Assembly (NCBI GenBank): GCA_030605565.1
Contig: JAUWIB010000105.1
Span: forward strand, 10,650-74,649
DNA from: a bacterium
GTDB taxonomy: Bacteria; Zixibacteria; MSB-5A5; GN15; FEB-12
Reading direction: 5' to 3'
Length of the DNA stretch: 64,000 bases
Within the stretch, counting starts at the first letter, position 1. Each line of letters opens with the position of its first letter. The translations under genes were made by a program, and so were the position numbers. Below, piece after piece: positions 9,508 to 17,439 of this stretch. Below the pieces are notes generated by a model. It was not told the origin of the DNA. It searched no databases and worked only from the letters and a program-made list of their open reading frames with translations.

Positions 9508-11133
9508 GTGTCCATGCTGAAGTTGGCAACACTCTTTGGCCGCACGGCTGATCCGGCAAACCCGGAGACGAATAGTGCCGGGTCGGTCGAGCGAGATTTC
9601 CAGGAAACCCGCCTTTTGCCCAAACGGCGCTGGACGGTCGGTCGACGACTGGCCTTTTCCGTAGGAAACGGATATGTCCAGATGGCCGCAGCCCGCCATC
9701 TGGCCGGATGTTGTGAGGTCATTGATGTCTCACGGGTGGCGATGCTAAGCGAAATGGAACCGGCGGAAAGGCGCGCCGACCACGTCTCAATGACAGTGGC
9801 CGAGTACGTCAGCCGGTTCGGTGGTTCATCACCTGAGATTGATCTGGTGGTTACCGGGCGCGAAGCTGCCTTTCGCTGTTTTCTCATGCCGATGCTTAAG
9901 AGAGGCGCCTTGGAATCCGCTATTCAGTTCGAGGCCTGCAAACAGATACCCTTTCCCCTCGACGACTGCATCTTCGATTACCAACGCACTTTTAGGATTC
10001 TGGGTAACCAGCGATCACGCTACCGGATAGCTCTCCATGCCGCCACGGCCAGGATGATAAAAGAGCAGCTTGAACCGTTCAGGCAGAAGGGGCTTGTTGT
10101 CAACCGCGTGGTTAATGCCGACGAGGCGGTGGGTTACTTGCTTGAGCGGATGCCGAACTTCGATGAGAGTGCCGTCTATTCCCTGGTGGAAGTGTCACAG
10201 GACCGATGCAAGATTGCTTACTACCGGGGCACTGCTCTGGAGTTTCTCCATACCGGCGCGGTGGGCACGGCCCAATTGGGTGACCAGCCGGACATCACGC
10301 GCGTTGAGTATTTTGCCGAAAATCTGGCCAACGAACTGACCGTATCGCAGGACTATTACGCCGGTCAATATGCCAAGGCGCTTCCGGACAAAGTGTATAT
10401 ATGCGGCGAGTTGGCTGCTCGGTGCGAATTAGTAGAACTGCTCAATGGCAAAACACCATTCGAGTATGCACCATTTCCAGCCGACAGTCTGCATGTCTTT
10501 AGGGGACACAAGATTGGTTTCGGCGCCCTTCTGCCTCAATGCCTCCCGGTACTGGCGGCAGCAACTGCACGCACACATCTCTGCAATCTGTTACCGCAGA
10601 AAATCAGGCAACAGCAACTAAGGCGACACGTCGATCGCCTAAGTCGCTTATCACTATTGCTCCTGGGGTTGATCCTCATGACCGGTTGGGTCTACCTGCG
10701 AATGTCGGTCGACAACACCACTATTATAGCTGAGTCATTGGAACAACAAGCCACCGAGGCTCTGCAGTCGGAAGCGTACAACAGTCATCGCGCTCTCCTG
10801 CAGCAGATAGCATTTGATCGGGCCTACCTCAGGAAAGCCGAGACGGCCACCGGTTACCTCAACTATAACCTGAAAGAACTATCATTGTTGACCTCTCCCC
10901 CGGTCAGCCTCTATCGCCTTGAATATGATCCCCGGCGAGATGCCCCTGGTATGGCTCTGTATGGTCGCGTGACATCTTCCGATGTTCCGCCGGAGGTAAT
11001 ACTGGCCCAGTACATAGAGAAGCTGAGAGCCTCCCCTTTCTACCGTGATATTACGCTGGTACGCCACTCCAAGCGGAAAGTCAGGAATGAGTTCCTCATC
11101 GAATTTCAGATCGAGATGGAGGGAGTAGCGTGA
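9508..11133 (+). CDS. PilM-like (actin-fold) / PilN-like fusion, pilus inner-membrane alignment protein
   Basis: 541 aa. The N-terminal ~370 aa are cytoplasmic with PilM-like length and position. A single TM (LSLLLLGLILMTGWVYL) is followed by a ~150-aa periplasmic region, as in PilN. The call rests on gene order after the pilins and before a PilO-like gene. GTG 9508 or ATG 9514 start. Confidence 0.55.
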   Translation: MSMLKLATLFGRTADPANPETNSAGSVERDFQETRLLPKRRWTVGRRLAFSVGNGYVQMAAARHLAGCCEVIDVSRVAMLSEMEPAERRADHVSMTVAEYVSRFGGSSPEIDLVVTGREAAFRCFLMPMLKRGALESAIQFEACKQIPFPLDDCIFDYQRTFRILGNQRSRYRIALHAATARMIKEQLEPFRQKGLVVNRVVNADEAVGYLLERMPNFDESAVYSLVEVSQDRCKIAYYRGTALEFLHTGAVGTAQLGDQPDITRVEYFAENLANELTVSQDYYAGQYAKALPDKVYICGELAARCELVELLNGKTPFEYAPFPADSLHVFRGHKIGFGALLPQCLPVLAAATARTHLCNLLPQKIRQQQLRRHVDRLSRLSLLLLGLILMTGWVYLRMSVDNTTIIAESLEQQATEALQSEAYNSHRALLQQIAFDRAYLRKAETATGYLNYNLKELSLLTSPPVSLYRLEYDPRRDAPGMALYGRVTSSDVPPEVILAQYIEKLRASPFYRDITLVRHSKRKVRNEFLIEFQIEMEGVA

Positions 11134-11693
11134 AGCGGCGGCTGGTTCTATATTCGGGGATCGCCTTGACCTTGCTGGTGGCCTGGTCCCTCCTGCTTTA
11201 CTCACCGCTTGGCAAAGAACTGGCCAGTGCTCAAGTGCGTGCCGAACAAGCTAAACAGCAGATAGCTGAGTTCAGGCGAATCATGGCTCAACTGCCGATC
11301 TATCTCGAAACTCATCGCAGTCTCGAACGGAACAGAACGGATCTCAATGAGGCCCTCTACGCCAAGGATGACATCCTCGAACTGTTCGATTTGATCAGTA
11401 ACCGGGCTCAGGCGCTCAATTTGAAAGTGATAGAGATCACGCCTCCGGTGGAGGAATTGCTGCTTCTGAACAACTTAATGCCCGACCATGACAAACCGCC
11501 GTTTCTTAATCTGACGGTCAGACTTCGCGGTGGATATATCAACTTCGGTAGCTACGTAGCCTTCATCGAATCGGCTGAATTCTTCCGAGGGGTGAACACG
11601 TGCCAAATCACCACTTCGCCGGACCAAGCCGGTCCGACCGATTACCTGTTGGGTTTTCAGGCCCTGCTGGGACAAATTGAGGAAACGTCATGA
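11130..11693 (+). CDS. PilO-like bitopic pilus assembly protein
   Basis: N-terminal TM (LVLYSGIALTLLVAWSLLLY), then a coiled-coil (ASAQVRAEQAKQQIAEFRRI) and a C-terminal alpha/beta region. GTGA overlap with the upstream stop. Position-based call. Confidence 0.5.
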   Translation: MKRRLVLYSGIALTLLVAWSLLLYSPLGKELASAQVRAEQAKQQIAEFRRIMAQLPIYLETHRSLERNRTDLNEALYAKDDILELFDLISNRAQALNLKVIEITPPVEELLLLNNLMPDHDKPPFLNLTVRLRGGYINFGSYVAFIESAEFFRGVNTCQITTSPDQAGPTDYLLGFQALLGQIEETS

Positions 11694-12136
11694 AGACGGC
11701 GACCCGGCAGCGGATAGTCTACGTCGCCCTGGTGGTAGCCGTTGTCTGGGGTGCGTATAATCTGCTCTGGACTGAACCCAGGACACCACTGCCGCCGGTT
11801 GAGGTGGATGTTCCGGTCCAAATGCCCACGACATCAGCGGCTGTGCAAATCGACAAGCTGGATATTGAGCGGATCGCAGCGGCCGAATGGGGGCATGATC
11901 CCTTCAAGTCATCGATCAAGCCCCGGAGCCATACGACCGACAAACCCAAAAAGGACTTGAAATGGATCCTGTCGGGAATCGTCTATAACGAACGCGCGCC
12001 GATGGCCGTCATTAACAGGAAAACAGTGCGCCCCGGGGATGTCATCGACAACGCTCGAGTGGTTACGATAAATCAAAAGACGGTGTTGATGGAACGAAAC
12101 GGCAAACGATTCACGCTCAGAGTCACCAAAGGCTGA
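11690..12136 (+). CDS. PilP/GspC-HR-like small periplasmic protein (secretin-interacting)
   Basis: TM anchor plus a C-terminal beta domain, LSGIVYNERAPMAVINRKTVRPGDVIDNARVVTINQKTVLMERNGKRFTLRV, which resembles PilP / GspC HR domains. ATGA overlap with the upstream gene, and it lies directly before the secretin. Confidence 0.45.
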   Translation: MKTATRQRIVYVALVVAVVWGAYNLLWTEPRTPLPPVEVDVPVQMPTTSAAVQIDKLDIERIAAAEWGHDPFKSSIKPRSHTTDKPKKDLKWILSGIVYNERAPMAVINRKTVRPGDVIDNARVVTINQKTVLMERNGKRFTLRVTKG

Positions 12137-12140
12137 TCGA

Positions 12141-13436
12141 ATGAAATCACTCGCAGCGATGTACGCATTGGTTCAATATAATGTTCTCGCCCTGATCGTA
12201 ACGACGGCCGTTATGGCGGCGCCTATCGACGAGGACGGCAAGCTGTCACTTCAGTTGGACGAAGTCGAAATCGGTGTGGCTCTACAGATGATTGCCGAGC
12301 AGAACAATTTGAATATCGTGGTCGGCGACGCCGTTGAAGGTGAGGTATCTCTACGTTTGGTAGATGTAGACCTGGAGTCGGCGCTGCAGGCAATCCTGGC
12401 GCCGGGCGGTTACAACTATTACATCCGCAACGACGTTGTAGTGGTGAAGTCAATGGCTACCTACGCAGTGGGGGAACTGGTTTCGCACTCCATCGTCCTG
12501 AAGTACCTCGATCCGGCGGCGATCAAGGGAGTCATAGAATCGCGTTTGTCCGACCGGGGCACGATGGTGACAATAAGCGCCGGCAATGATGAGGGACGAC
12601 AAGAGAGCAGTCTCTCCCCCAACCAGATCGTGGTAACGGATTTTGCAGCGGTGATTGATGAGATCGTACTTCTGATGGAACAACTTGATCAGCCACCGCG
12701 ACAGATATCGATAGAGGTCAAAATCATCGAAAGCAAGGTGGACTCCAAATCAAAATTAGGATTCGCCTGGCCCACCAGTGTGACCACCTCGCTGGGGGCA
12801 GGTACGCAAACCATCGGCGAGGAATCCTATCAGGCCGAACTGGAGAACGTCGCCGGCAGTATCAATCCCCAAACCGGCCGGTGGATATGGGGAACGCTCA
12901 CCGTCGATCAGTTAACGACGGTACTCAATCTGTTGAATCAGGCGGGAAACAGCAAACTGATTTCCGATCCTCACATTACCACCCTTGAGAATCACGAAGC
13001 TTACATCAAGGTGCAGACGGTGATTCCGATCGCCACTATCAGCCGGTTTACTGAGGGCGCCGCAACCCAGGATATCCAGACATTCTATGACGAAGAAGTG
13101 GGCATCTCGCTCTACGTAACGCCGCGTATCAATGAGAACAACCGGATCACGCTGGACGTGCGTGCCCAGATCGAGGACATCATCGGTTTCGCCGGACCTT
13201 CCGATAATCAAAAACCGATCACGTCATCGCGCTCGCTCAAAACCACCGTAATTGTCAACGACAGCGAAACGGTGGCGCTGGGCGGTCTGCTCAAAGAAAC
13301 CGAAATAGAACTGACTCAGAAATTCCCCTTGCTGGGTCATATCCCGATCATCGGGAGCCTGTTATTCACCAACAAGTCGACCGAAAAGACCATGACCGAT
13401 CTGATAATACTTATCACGCCCCGGATTATGCCGTGA
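12141..13436 (+). CDS. pilQ: Secretin (PilQ/GspD family), short form
   Basis: N-terminal STN/N0-like segment (LQLDEVEIGVALQMIAEQNNLNIVVGD...EVSLRLVDVDLESALQAIL). C-terminal secretin signature VALGGLLKETEIELTQKFPLLGHIPIIGSLLFTNKSTEKTMTDLIILITPRIM. Confidence 0.85.
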   Translation: MKSLAAMYALVQYNVLALIVTTAVMAAPIDEDGKLSLQLDEVEIGVALQMIAEQNNLNIVVGDAVEGEVSLRLVDVDLESALQAILAPGGYNYYIRNDVVVVKSMATYAVGELVSHSIVLKYLDPAAIKGVIESRLSDRGTMVTISAGNDEGRQESSLSPNQIVVTDFAAVIDEIVLLMEQLDQPPRQISIEVKIIESKVDSKSKLGFAWPTSVTTSLGAGTQTIGEESYQAELENVAGSINPQTGRWIWGTLTVDQLTTVLNLLNQAGNSKLISDPHITTLENHEAYIKVQTVIPIATISRFTEGAATQDIQTFYDEEVGISLYVTPRINENNRITLDVRAQIEDIIGFAGPSDNQKPITSSRSLKTTVIVNDSETVALGGLLKETEIELTQKFPLLGHIPIIGSLLFTNKSTEKTMTDLIILITPRIMP

Positions 13437-13883
13437 TCATTTGCGACCGCACATCCAGCGTCGCGAGCGACTGAACCAAAGCTGCATGATCAGCAGCAAC
13501 AACGCCCCGTCAAGAATCAGTGGTTGCAAGGCTGAACCGTCGATATCATCAGCCGCCTTGAAACAACCGCAGTCTATATCGAGACCGCGAGCCACCGCCA
13601 AGGTTAGGGCTCCTATGAATGCAACAGTCATAACATTGACCCACACAATTGCGCCGCGATATAGAAACCCGAAGATCAACCCCAGTCCAGCCAGCGCCTC
13701 CACCCAGGGCAACACCAGAGCTATCAAGTTAATCAATGAACCAGGCATCAGATGGTAATACCAGATCGACCGGGCAAAAGAACCGGGGTCAATGATTTTG
13801 TAGACCGAGGCGGACACGAAAACTACTCCAACCACCACCCGTGCGGCCATCGTGAGATGATCATTGTCAATTATTCGTCGCAT
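13437..13883 (-). CDS. MauE/DoxX-family redox-associated membrane protein
   Basis: Four TM segments and the family-typical ...GLDIDCGCF motif. The start is moved to ATG 13883, which overlaps the last codons of the upstream rhodanese gene by 13 nt. Confidence 0.7.
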   Translation of the reverse strand: MRRIIDNDHLTMAARVVVGVVFVSASVYKIIDPGSFARSIWYYHLMPGSLINLIALVLPWVEALAGLGLIFGFLYRGAIVWVNVMTVAFIGALTLAVARGLDIDCGCFKAADDIDGSALQPLILDGALLLLIMQLWFSRSRRWMCGRK

Positions 13884-14491
13884 GGCCGCCTCTGTTCGAT
13901 GGGGAGATGGAAGCGTTCCCATTCACGAGAACCGCCGAAAAATATCGCCAGGTCGGTGTAGCCCAGGGCCTGCAGATTACGCGCCAGGTGAAGTGACACG
14001 TCGCACTCCTCACCCGAACAGAATATGATAATCCGTTCATCTTTGGACAGGTGCGACAAGACGGAATCGAAATATGGTCCCAAGTCCCCCTCCGGCAGGT
14101 ATTCAAAGGGGATGTTGATGGCTCCCCGAATCGTACCGCACTCGAACTCGTCCGGATCACGGGCGTCAACAAAGAGAGCGGCCCTGGCGCTGAAGTCGAG
14201 TTGGGCAACGTCCACAGCGATAAACGGCGCGTCGCCGGGCTCTATATCAGGCGGCAAGATCGGCCCATCACCGTCGTGCAGGTCACGCCAGTTACCAATA
14301 AAATCAAGGCGGTTGGGCGAGACCAGATTGAGTCCCAGTCCCAACGCGGATGCAATTAACAGAATGTAGATCGTCTGCCTTAGCGCCACCGAGGTCTCCT
14401 TATACGTTACACCATTATACCGTCGCGCGGCAAATCCGTTTGGCCCAATCGGCTCTACAGTACCAGATGCCGGGATCGGATCAGGCGTCAC
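13871..14491 (-). CDS. Membrane-anchored rhodanese-like domain protein
   Basis: FVDARDPDEFECGTIRGAINIP...IIIFCSGEECDVSLHLARNLQALGYTDLAIFFGGSREW is a rhodanese fold with an active-site Cys loop. One N-terminal TM. GTG start. Confidence 0.8.
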   Translation of the reverse strand: MTPDPIPASGTVEPIGPNGFAARRYNGVTYKETSVALRQTIYILLIASALGLGLNLVSPNRLDFIGNWRDLHDGDGPILPPDIEPGDAPFIAVDVAQLDFSARAALFVDARDPDEFECGTIRGAINIPFEYLPEGDLGPYFDSVLSHLSKDERIIIFCSGEECDVSLHLARNLQALGYTDLAIFFGGSREWERFHLPIEQRRPCDE

Positions 14492-14555
14492 CCAAGAAAC
14501 GTACTTTCCCTTTATAGGTCAAGGATTCTGTCACCCCCCGGCAGGTTTGGACCAA

Positions 14556-14590
14556 TAAAAAGCGGGACTCATGATATGGACGAGTCCCGC
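14556..14590 (-). terminator. Rho-independent terminator
   Basis: On the minus strand: GCGGGACTC-gtccatatcat-GAGTCCCGC followed by TTTTTATT. The 9-bp stem is perfect. It lies 53 nt downstream of the small ORF stop at 14643. Confidence 0.65.
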
Positions 14591-14642
14591 GAGGCTCAAT
14601 GTTCGCTGTCCCGCATGGGACCGAGCGAAAACCTATGAAAAG

Positions 14643-14828
14643 TCAATTCGGATTAAGGTGCTCCACTTGCTTGTCAAGTCGGGATGAAATCAAACTGTAA
14701 CGACCGCAGAGTATCTTGCTGACCACGTGCGAAAACTTGGCTGGCGTCAACATCTGCAGGCCATAAGAATGCCAACAGTCTTTTTCCCCCAAACTTGCAA
14801 ACTTTTGGTTCTCCTTTCTCTTCGGCAT
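14643..14828 (-). CDS. Hypothetical small protein (61 aa)
   Basis: ATG preceded by GAGGAG at 7 nt (GAGGAGATGCGCTATG), and its own terminator follows downstream. No family recognised (MPKRKENQKFASLGEKDCWHSYGLQMLTPAKFSHVV...). An overlapping alternative frame (14674..14865) exists. Confidence 0.35.
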   Translation of the reverse strand: MPKRKENQKFASLGEKDCWHSYGLQMLTPAKFSHVVSKILCGRYSLISSRLDKQVEHLNPN

Positions 14829-15012
14829 AGCGCATCTCCTCTACTTGTTCCCCCTCTCTTACCACGTAGCAATACTCTCGATCTCAGTTAGCGGTGAGGA
14901 AACAGAGATGCTCTCAAAAAACCTATCACCTCCTTCGTTCGTCTCATCCTCCCCGAAAAGATGAGTTCACGACTTCAACGGACTCTCTATATAATAGTTT
15001 CTTGACATACAC

Positions 15013-15345
15013 CTACGATGCCATAACCTTCTGTAACTTTTTGATAGCACGCTGCTTATAAATATTCACGACCTGTTGAGCCACTCCCAGTATCTGCGCT
15101 ATCTGTCGCTCTTTTTTACCTTTAAGGTAATACCCGATCACTTGTTTCTGACGTGGTGACAAGGAGTGACTGACATGCCAGCGTAGTCTGGAGCGAAACT
15201 TGTTCAAGGCGGCGCCCGGTAAGGTGGGAGTGCCGGCGGCGTAGTAAGCAGATTGTTCGTTGGCGAACGACTCCAGGAACAACTTGTCGACGAGCACTTC
15301 GGCGAAATCGCTTTCCTTCTTAGGGGGCACTGTAACACGCTCCAA
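15013..15345 (-). CDS. Sigma-70 region-4-only / YlxM-like helix-turn-helix protein
   Basis: C-terminal LSPRQKQVIGYYLKGKKERQIAQILGVAQQVVNIYKQRAIKKLQKV is a sigma r4_2/LuxR-type HTH. No region 2 is present. TTG 15345 or GTG 15330 start, 1 nt after the upstream stop. Confidence 0.6.
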   Translation of the reverse strand: MERVTVPPKKESDFAEVLVDKLFLESFANEQSAYYAAGTPTLPGAALNKFRSRLRWHVSHSLSPRQKQVIGYYLKGKKERQIAQILGVAQQVVNIYKQRAIKKLQKVMAS

Positions 15346-15346
15346 C

Positions 15347-16003
15347 TTAGTAGCTTAGGTAGTAATGCTCACAAATCGCTTTAAGTTGCGGCATAGTAAT
15401 TGAGAATTCCGCCGCCGTTTTCAGACTGATTTCATAAAGAGCAACCTTGCGCTCCTGGCTAGTCAAATCCTTTGGCAGACTCTCGTACAACTTGCCATAA
15501 TGGGTCAGCACCTGCTCTTTCAATTCCGCATCAACAGCAACAGTTATGGGTTCATCATCGGCAGCCGGTTCGGATGGTGAAACGGTGGCTGGAGGATCTG
15601 TCTCGGCTTGTCTGACTTGGGATGGTTTCTCCTCTGCCACTTCCTTATCGCGCGGCTGGTCGGAGTTCTTAGCTCTCGTTGTCGGGGGCGGCGCCGCGGT
15701 TTCCGGTTTATCAAGTAACTTCGGCCGAGCTATGGCTGAATCCAGAAACCCGACCAGTCTGCTGATATCCTGTCGGTATGCGCCGTCGCGGGAAGCCAGC
15801 GAATCGGCGTATACTTCGGACTGTAATTCGAGCAGCCGTTTCAGGGAATCCACATTTTGCTGAAGCGTGGCCAGTTGGTCTCTGCTTTCAGCTTGCCCCA
15901 ACTCGAACGCCTGCTGCTGCCGCGCTGTTCCCCGGGCACTCTTGATGTAAGCGATAGCCACTACCACCAATAACAGCGCTACAGCAATATACAGTCTCTT
16001 CAT
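15347..16003 (-). CDS. Hypothetical membrane-anchored protein (TM, coiled-coil, Pro/Glu-rich linker, small C-terminal helical domain)
   Basis: MKRLYIAVALLLVVVAIAYIK is a signal-anchor. The SD AAAGGA lies 5 nt upstream. A candidate promoter, TTGACT-17-TATTCT, is at 16028..16056. No family recognised. Confidence 0.55.
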   Translation of the reverse strand: MKRLYIAVALLLVVVAIAYIKSARGTARQQQAFELGQAESRDQLATLQQNVDSLKRLLELQSEVYADSLASRDGAYRQDISRLVGFLDSAIARPKLLDKPETAAPPPTTRAKNSDQPRDKEVAEEKPSQVRQAETDPPATVSPSEPAADDEPITVAVDAELKEQVLTHYGKLYESLPKDLTSQERKVALYEISLKTAAEFSITMPQLKAICEHYYLSY

Positions 16004-16027
16004 ACTCGTCCTTTACCAATTTTGAAC

Positions 16028-16056
16028 AGAATATCCGGCCGATATTAGCAAGTCAA
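16028..16056 (-). promoter_or_regulatory. Candidate sigma-70 promoter (TTGACT-N17-TATTCT)
   Basis: Read on the minus strand, about 25 nt upstream of the SD of the 15347..16003 gene. Confidence 0.4.
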
Positions 16057-16129
16057 GTTTGAAACTTTTCAGGGGATTTGACGGTTTGTCGCGAAACGTC
16101 AGAAAGGCGCAATGCCCCAGATCGAGGGG

Positions 16130-16843
16130 TTACTTCTTGAGTCGCAGAATCAGGAAAACCCAGGGCCGGATCATCGACCACCAGCCCACAAAAGGCTTGA
16201 TTTTGGAGTAGTCTTGGCCGCTGGGCGGGTAGGCCATGGTGACCGGTGCTTCTATCACCCGAAAACCAAGTTTGAGAACCTTATAGTGGATGTAATACTC
16301 CATCTCATATCGCCCCAGCCAGGCTTGATCGATGTCGATCTCAGGATGGTCAAACAGGTCCAGCCGATAGGCTCGGAAGCCGCACGTAATGTCGGTCCCA
16401 TTAAAGCCCACGGCAAGATTGACGATGGCGGTGAAGAGCCGTATGGCCAGTTTTCGAAACAGAGGCAGGTTCGGCGAGCGCCCGCCCTCAAGATAACGGG
16501 AACCCTGGACGTAATCAGCTTCGTTGTCACGAATTGGGTTCACCAACCGGGGAATCTCCTCCGGCAGCATCTTACCGTTGCCGGCCACAATCACAATGAT
16601 GTCAAAATCATGCTGCCGACCGTACTTGACGGCGTTCCTGATTCCGGCGCCCACACCCAGGTTGGTCTCATGGCGGATCACCTCATGATTCGAGGCTTGC
16701 AGGAACGCCCCGGAGCCGTCAGTGGAACCGTCATCGACAAACAGCAACTTGTAGTCTTCCCCTTTCGGGAAGCGTTCCACGAGTGCCTTGAGTTTCTCCC
16801 CCTCATTGAAGGTCAGAACCGTGACGAGGACTTTAGGTCCCAA
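16130..16843 (-). CDS. Family-2 glycosyltransferase, polyprenol-phosphate sugar synthase-like (DPM1/GtrB type)
   Basis: VLVTVLTFNEGEKL...LLFVDDGSTDGS (GT-A DxD region). The short 237-aa size and amphipathic C-terminus are typical of polyprenyl-P-hexose synthases. Confidence 0.8.
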   Translation of the reverse strand: MGPKVLVTVLTFNEGEKLKALVERFPKGEDYKLLFVDDGSTDGSGAFLQASNHEVIRHETNLGVGAGIRNAVKYGRQHDFDIIVIVAGNGKMLPEEIPRLVNPIRDNEADYVQGSRYLEGGRSPNLPLFRKLAIRLFTAIVNLAVGFNGTDITCGFRAYRLDLFDHPEIDIDQAWLGRYEMEYYIHYKVLKLGFRVIEAPVTMAYPPSGQDYSKIKPFVGWWSMIRPWVFLILRLKK

Positions 16844-17438
16844 CCTCTCCCCCGTCAGTTTGCAGGATCAAGCTGCCGTCGACAACTCGATAGCTCAGGC
16901 CGCAGGTGCACGCGATCTCGCTGTTGTCCTCGGGTGATGCTGAGAGATCCAATCGTTCGGCGCATTTGCAGACGAAACCTACCTGACGCGCCGGGTTGCC
17001 CAGCCAGAGGGTAAAGTCCGGCACGTCTGTAGTAACTACGGCCCCGGCGCCGATGAAAGCGTATTGTCCGATGGTATGTCCGGCGATGATCACCGCGTTG
17101 GCGCCGATTGTCGCGCCCCGCCGTAACACAGTACGCGCCGGAGTTTCATGGTGCACTTTGCTGCGTGGGTAGACGTCGTTGGTAAAGACGGCGTTGGGTC
17201 CGATGAAGACATCGTCCTCCACGACCACCCCATCCCACAGCGAGACGCCATTCTTGATTGTTACCCGGTCGCCCACGACGACATTGTTCTCGACAAAGCA
17301 GTGGTCACCTATATTGCAGTCCCGGCCGATTACAGCCCGGGCCTGGATATTGCAGAACGCCCAGATACGTGTACCCGCGCCGATTTGTGTGCAATCGACG
17401 ATTGCGGTGGGATGGATGTACGGGTCGCTGTCGCTCAT
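16833..17438 (-). CDS. Hexapeptide-repeat (left-handed beta-helix) sugar N-acetyltransferase, WbpD/WlbB-like
   Basis: IHPTAIVD...IGAGTRIWAFCNIQARAVIGRDCNIGDHCFVENNVVVGDRVTIKNGVSLWDGVVVEDDVFIGPNAVF...GANAVIIAGHTIGQYAFIGAGAVV shows the characteristic hexapeptide periodicity. Confidence 0.85.
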   Translation of the reverse strand: MSDSDPYIHPTAIVDCTQIGAGTRIWAFCNIQARAVIGRDCNIGDHCFVENNVVVGDRVTIKNGVSLWDGVVVEDDVFIGPNAVFTNDVYPRSKVHHETPARTVLRRGATIGANAVIIAGHTIGQYAFIGAGAVVTTDVPDFTLWLGNPARQVGFVCKCAERLDLSASPEDNSEIACTCGLSYRVVDGSLILQTDGGEVGT

Positions 17439-17439
17439 T

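Noticed and set aside
16112-17014. 300-aa plus-strand ORF spanning the GT2/acetyltransferase junction.
   Set aside because: It is antisense to two well-supported minus-strand genes and crosses their boundary. The composition is typical of a shadow ORF.
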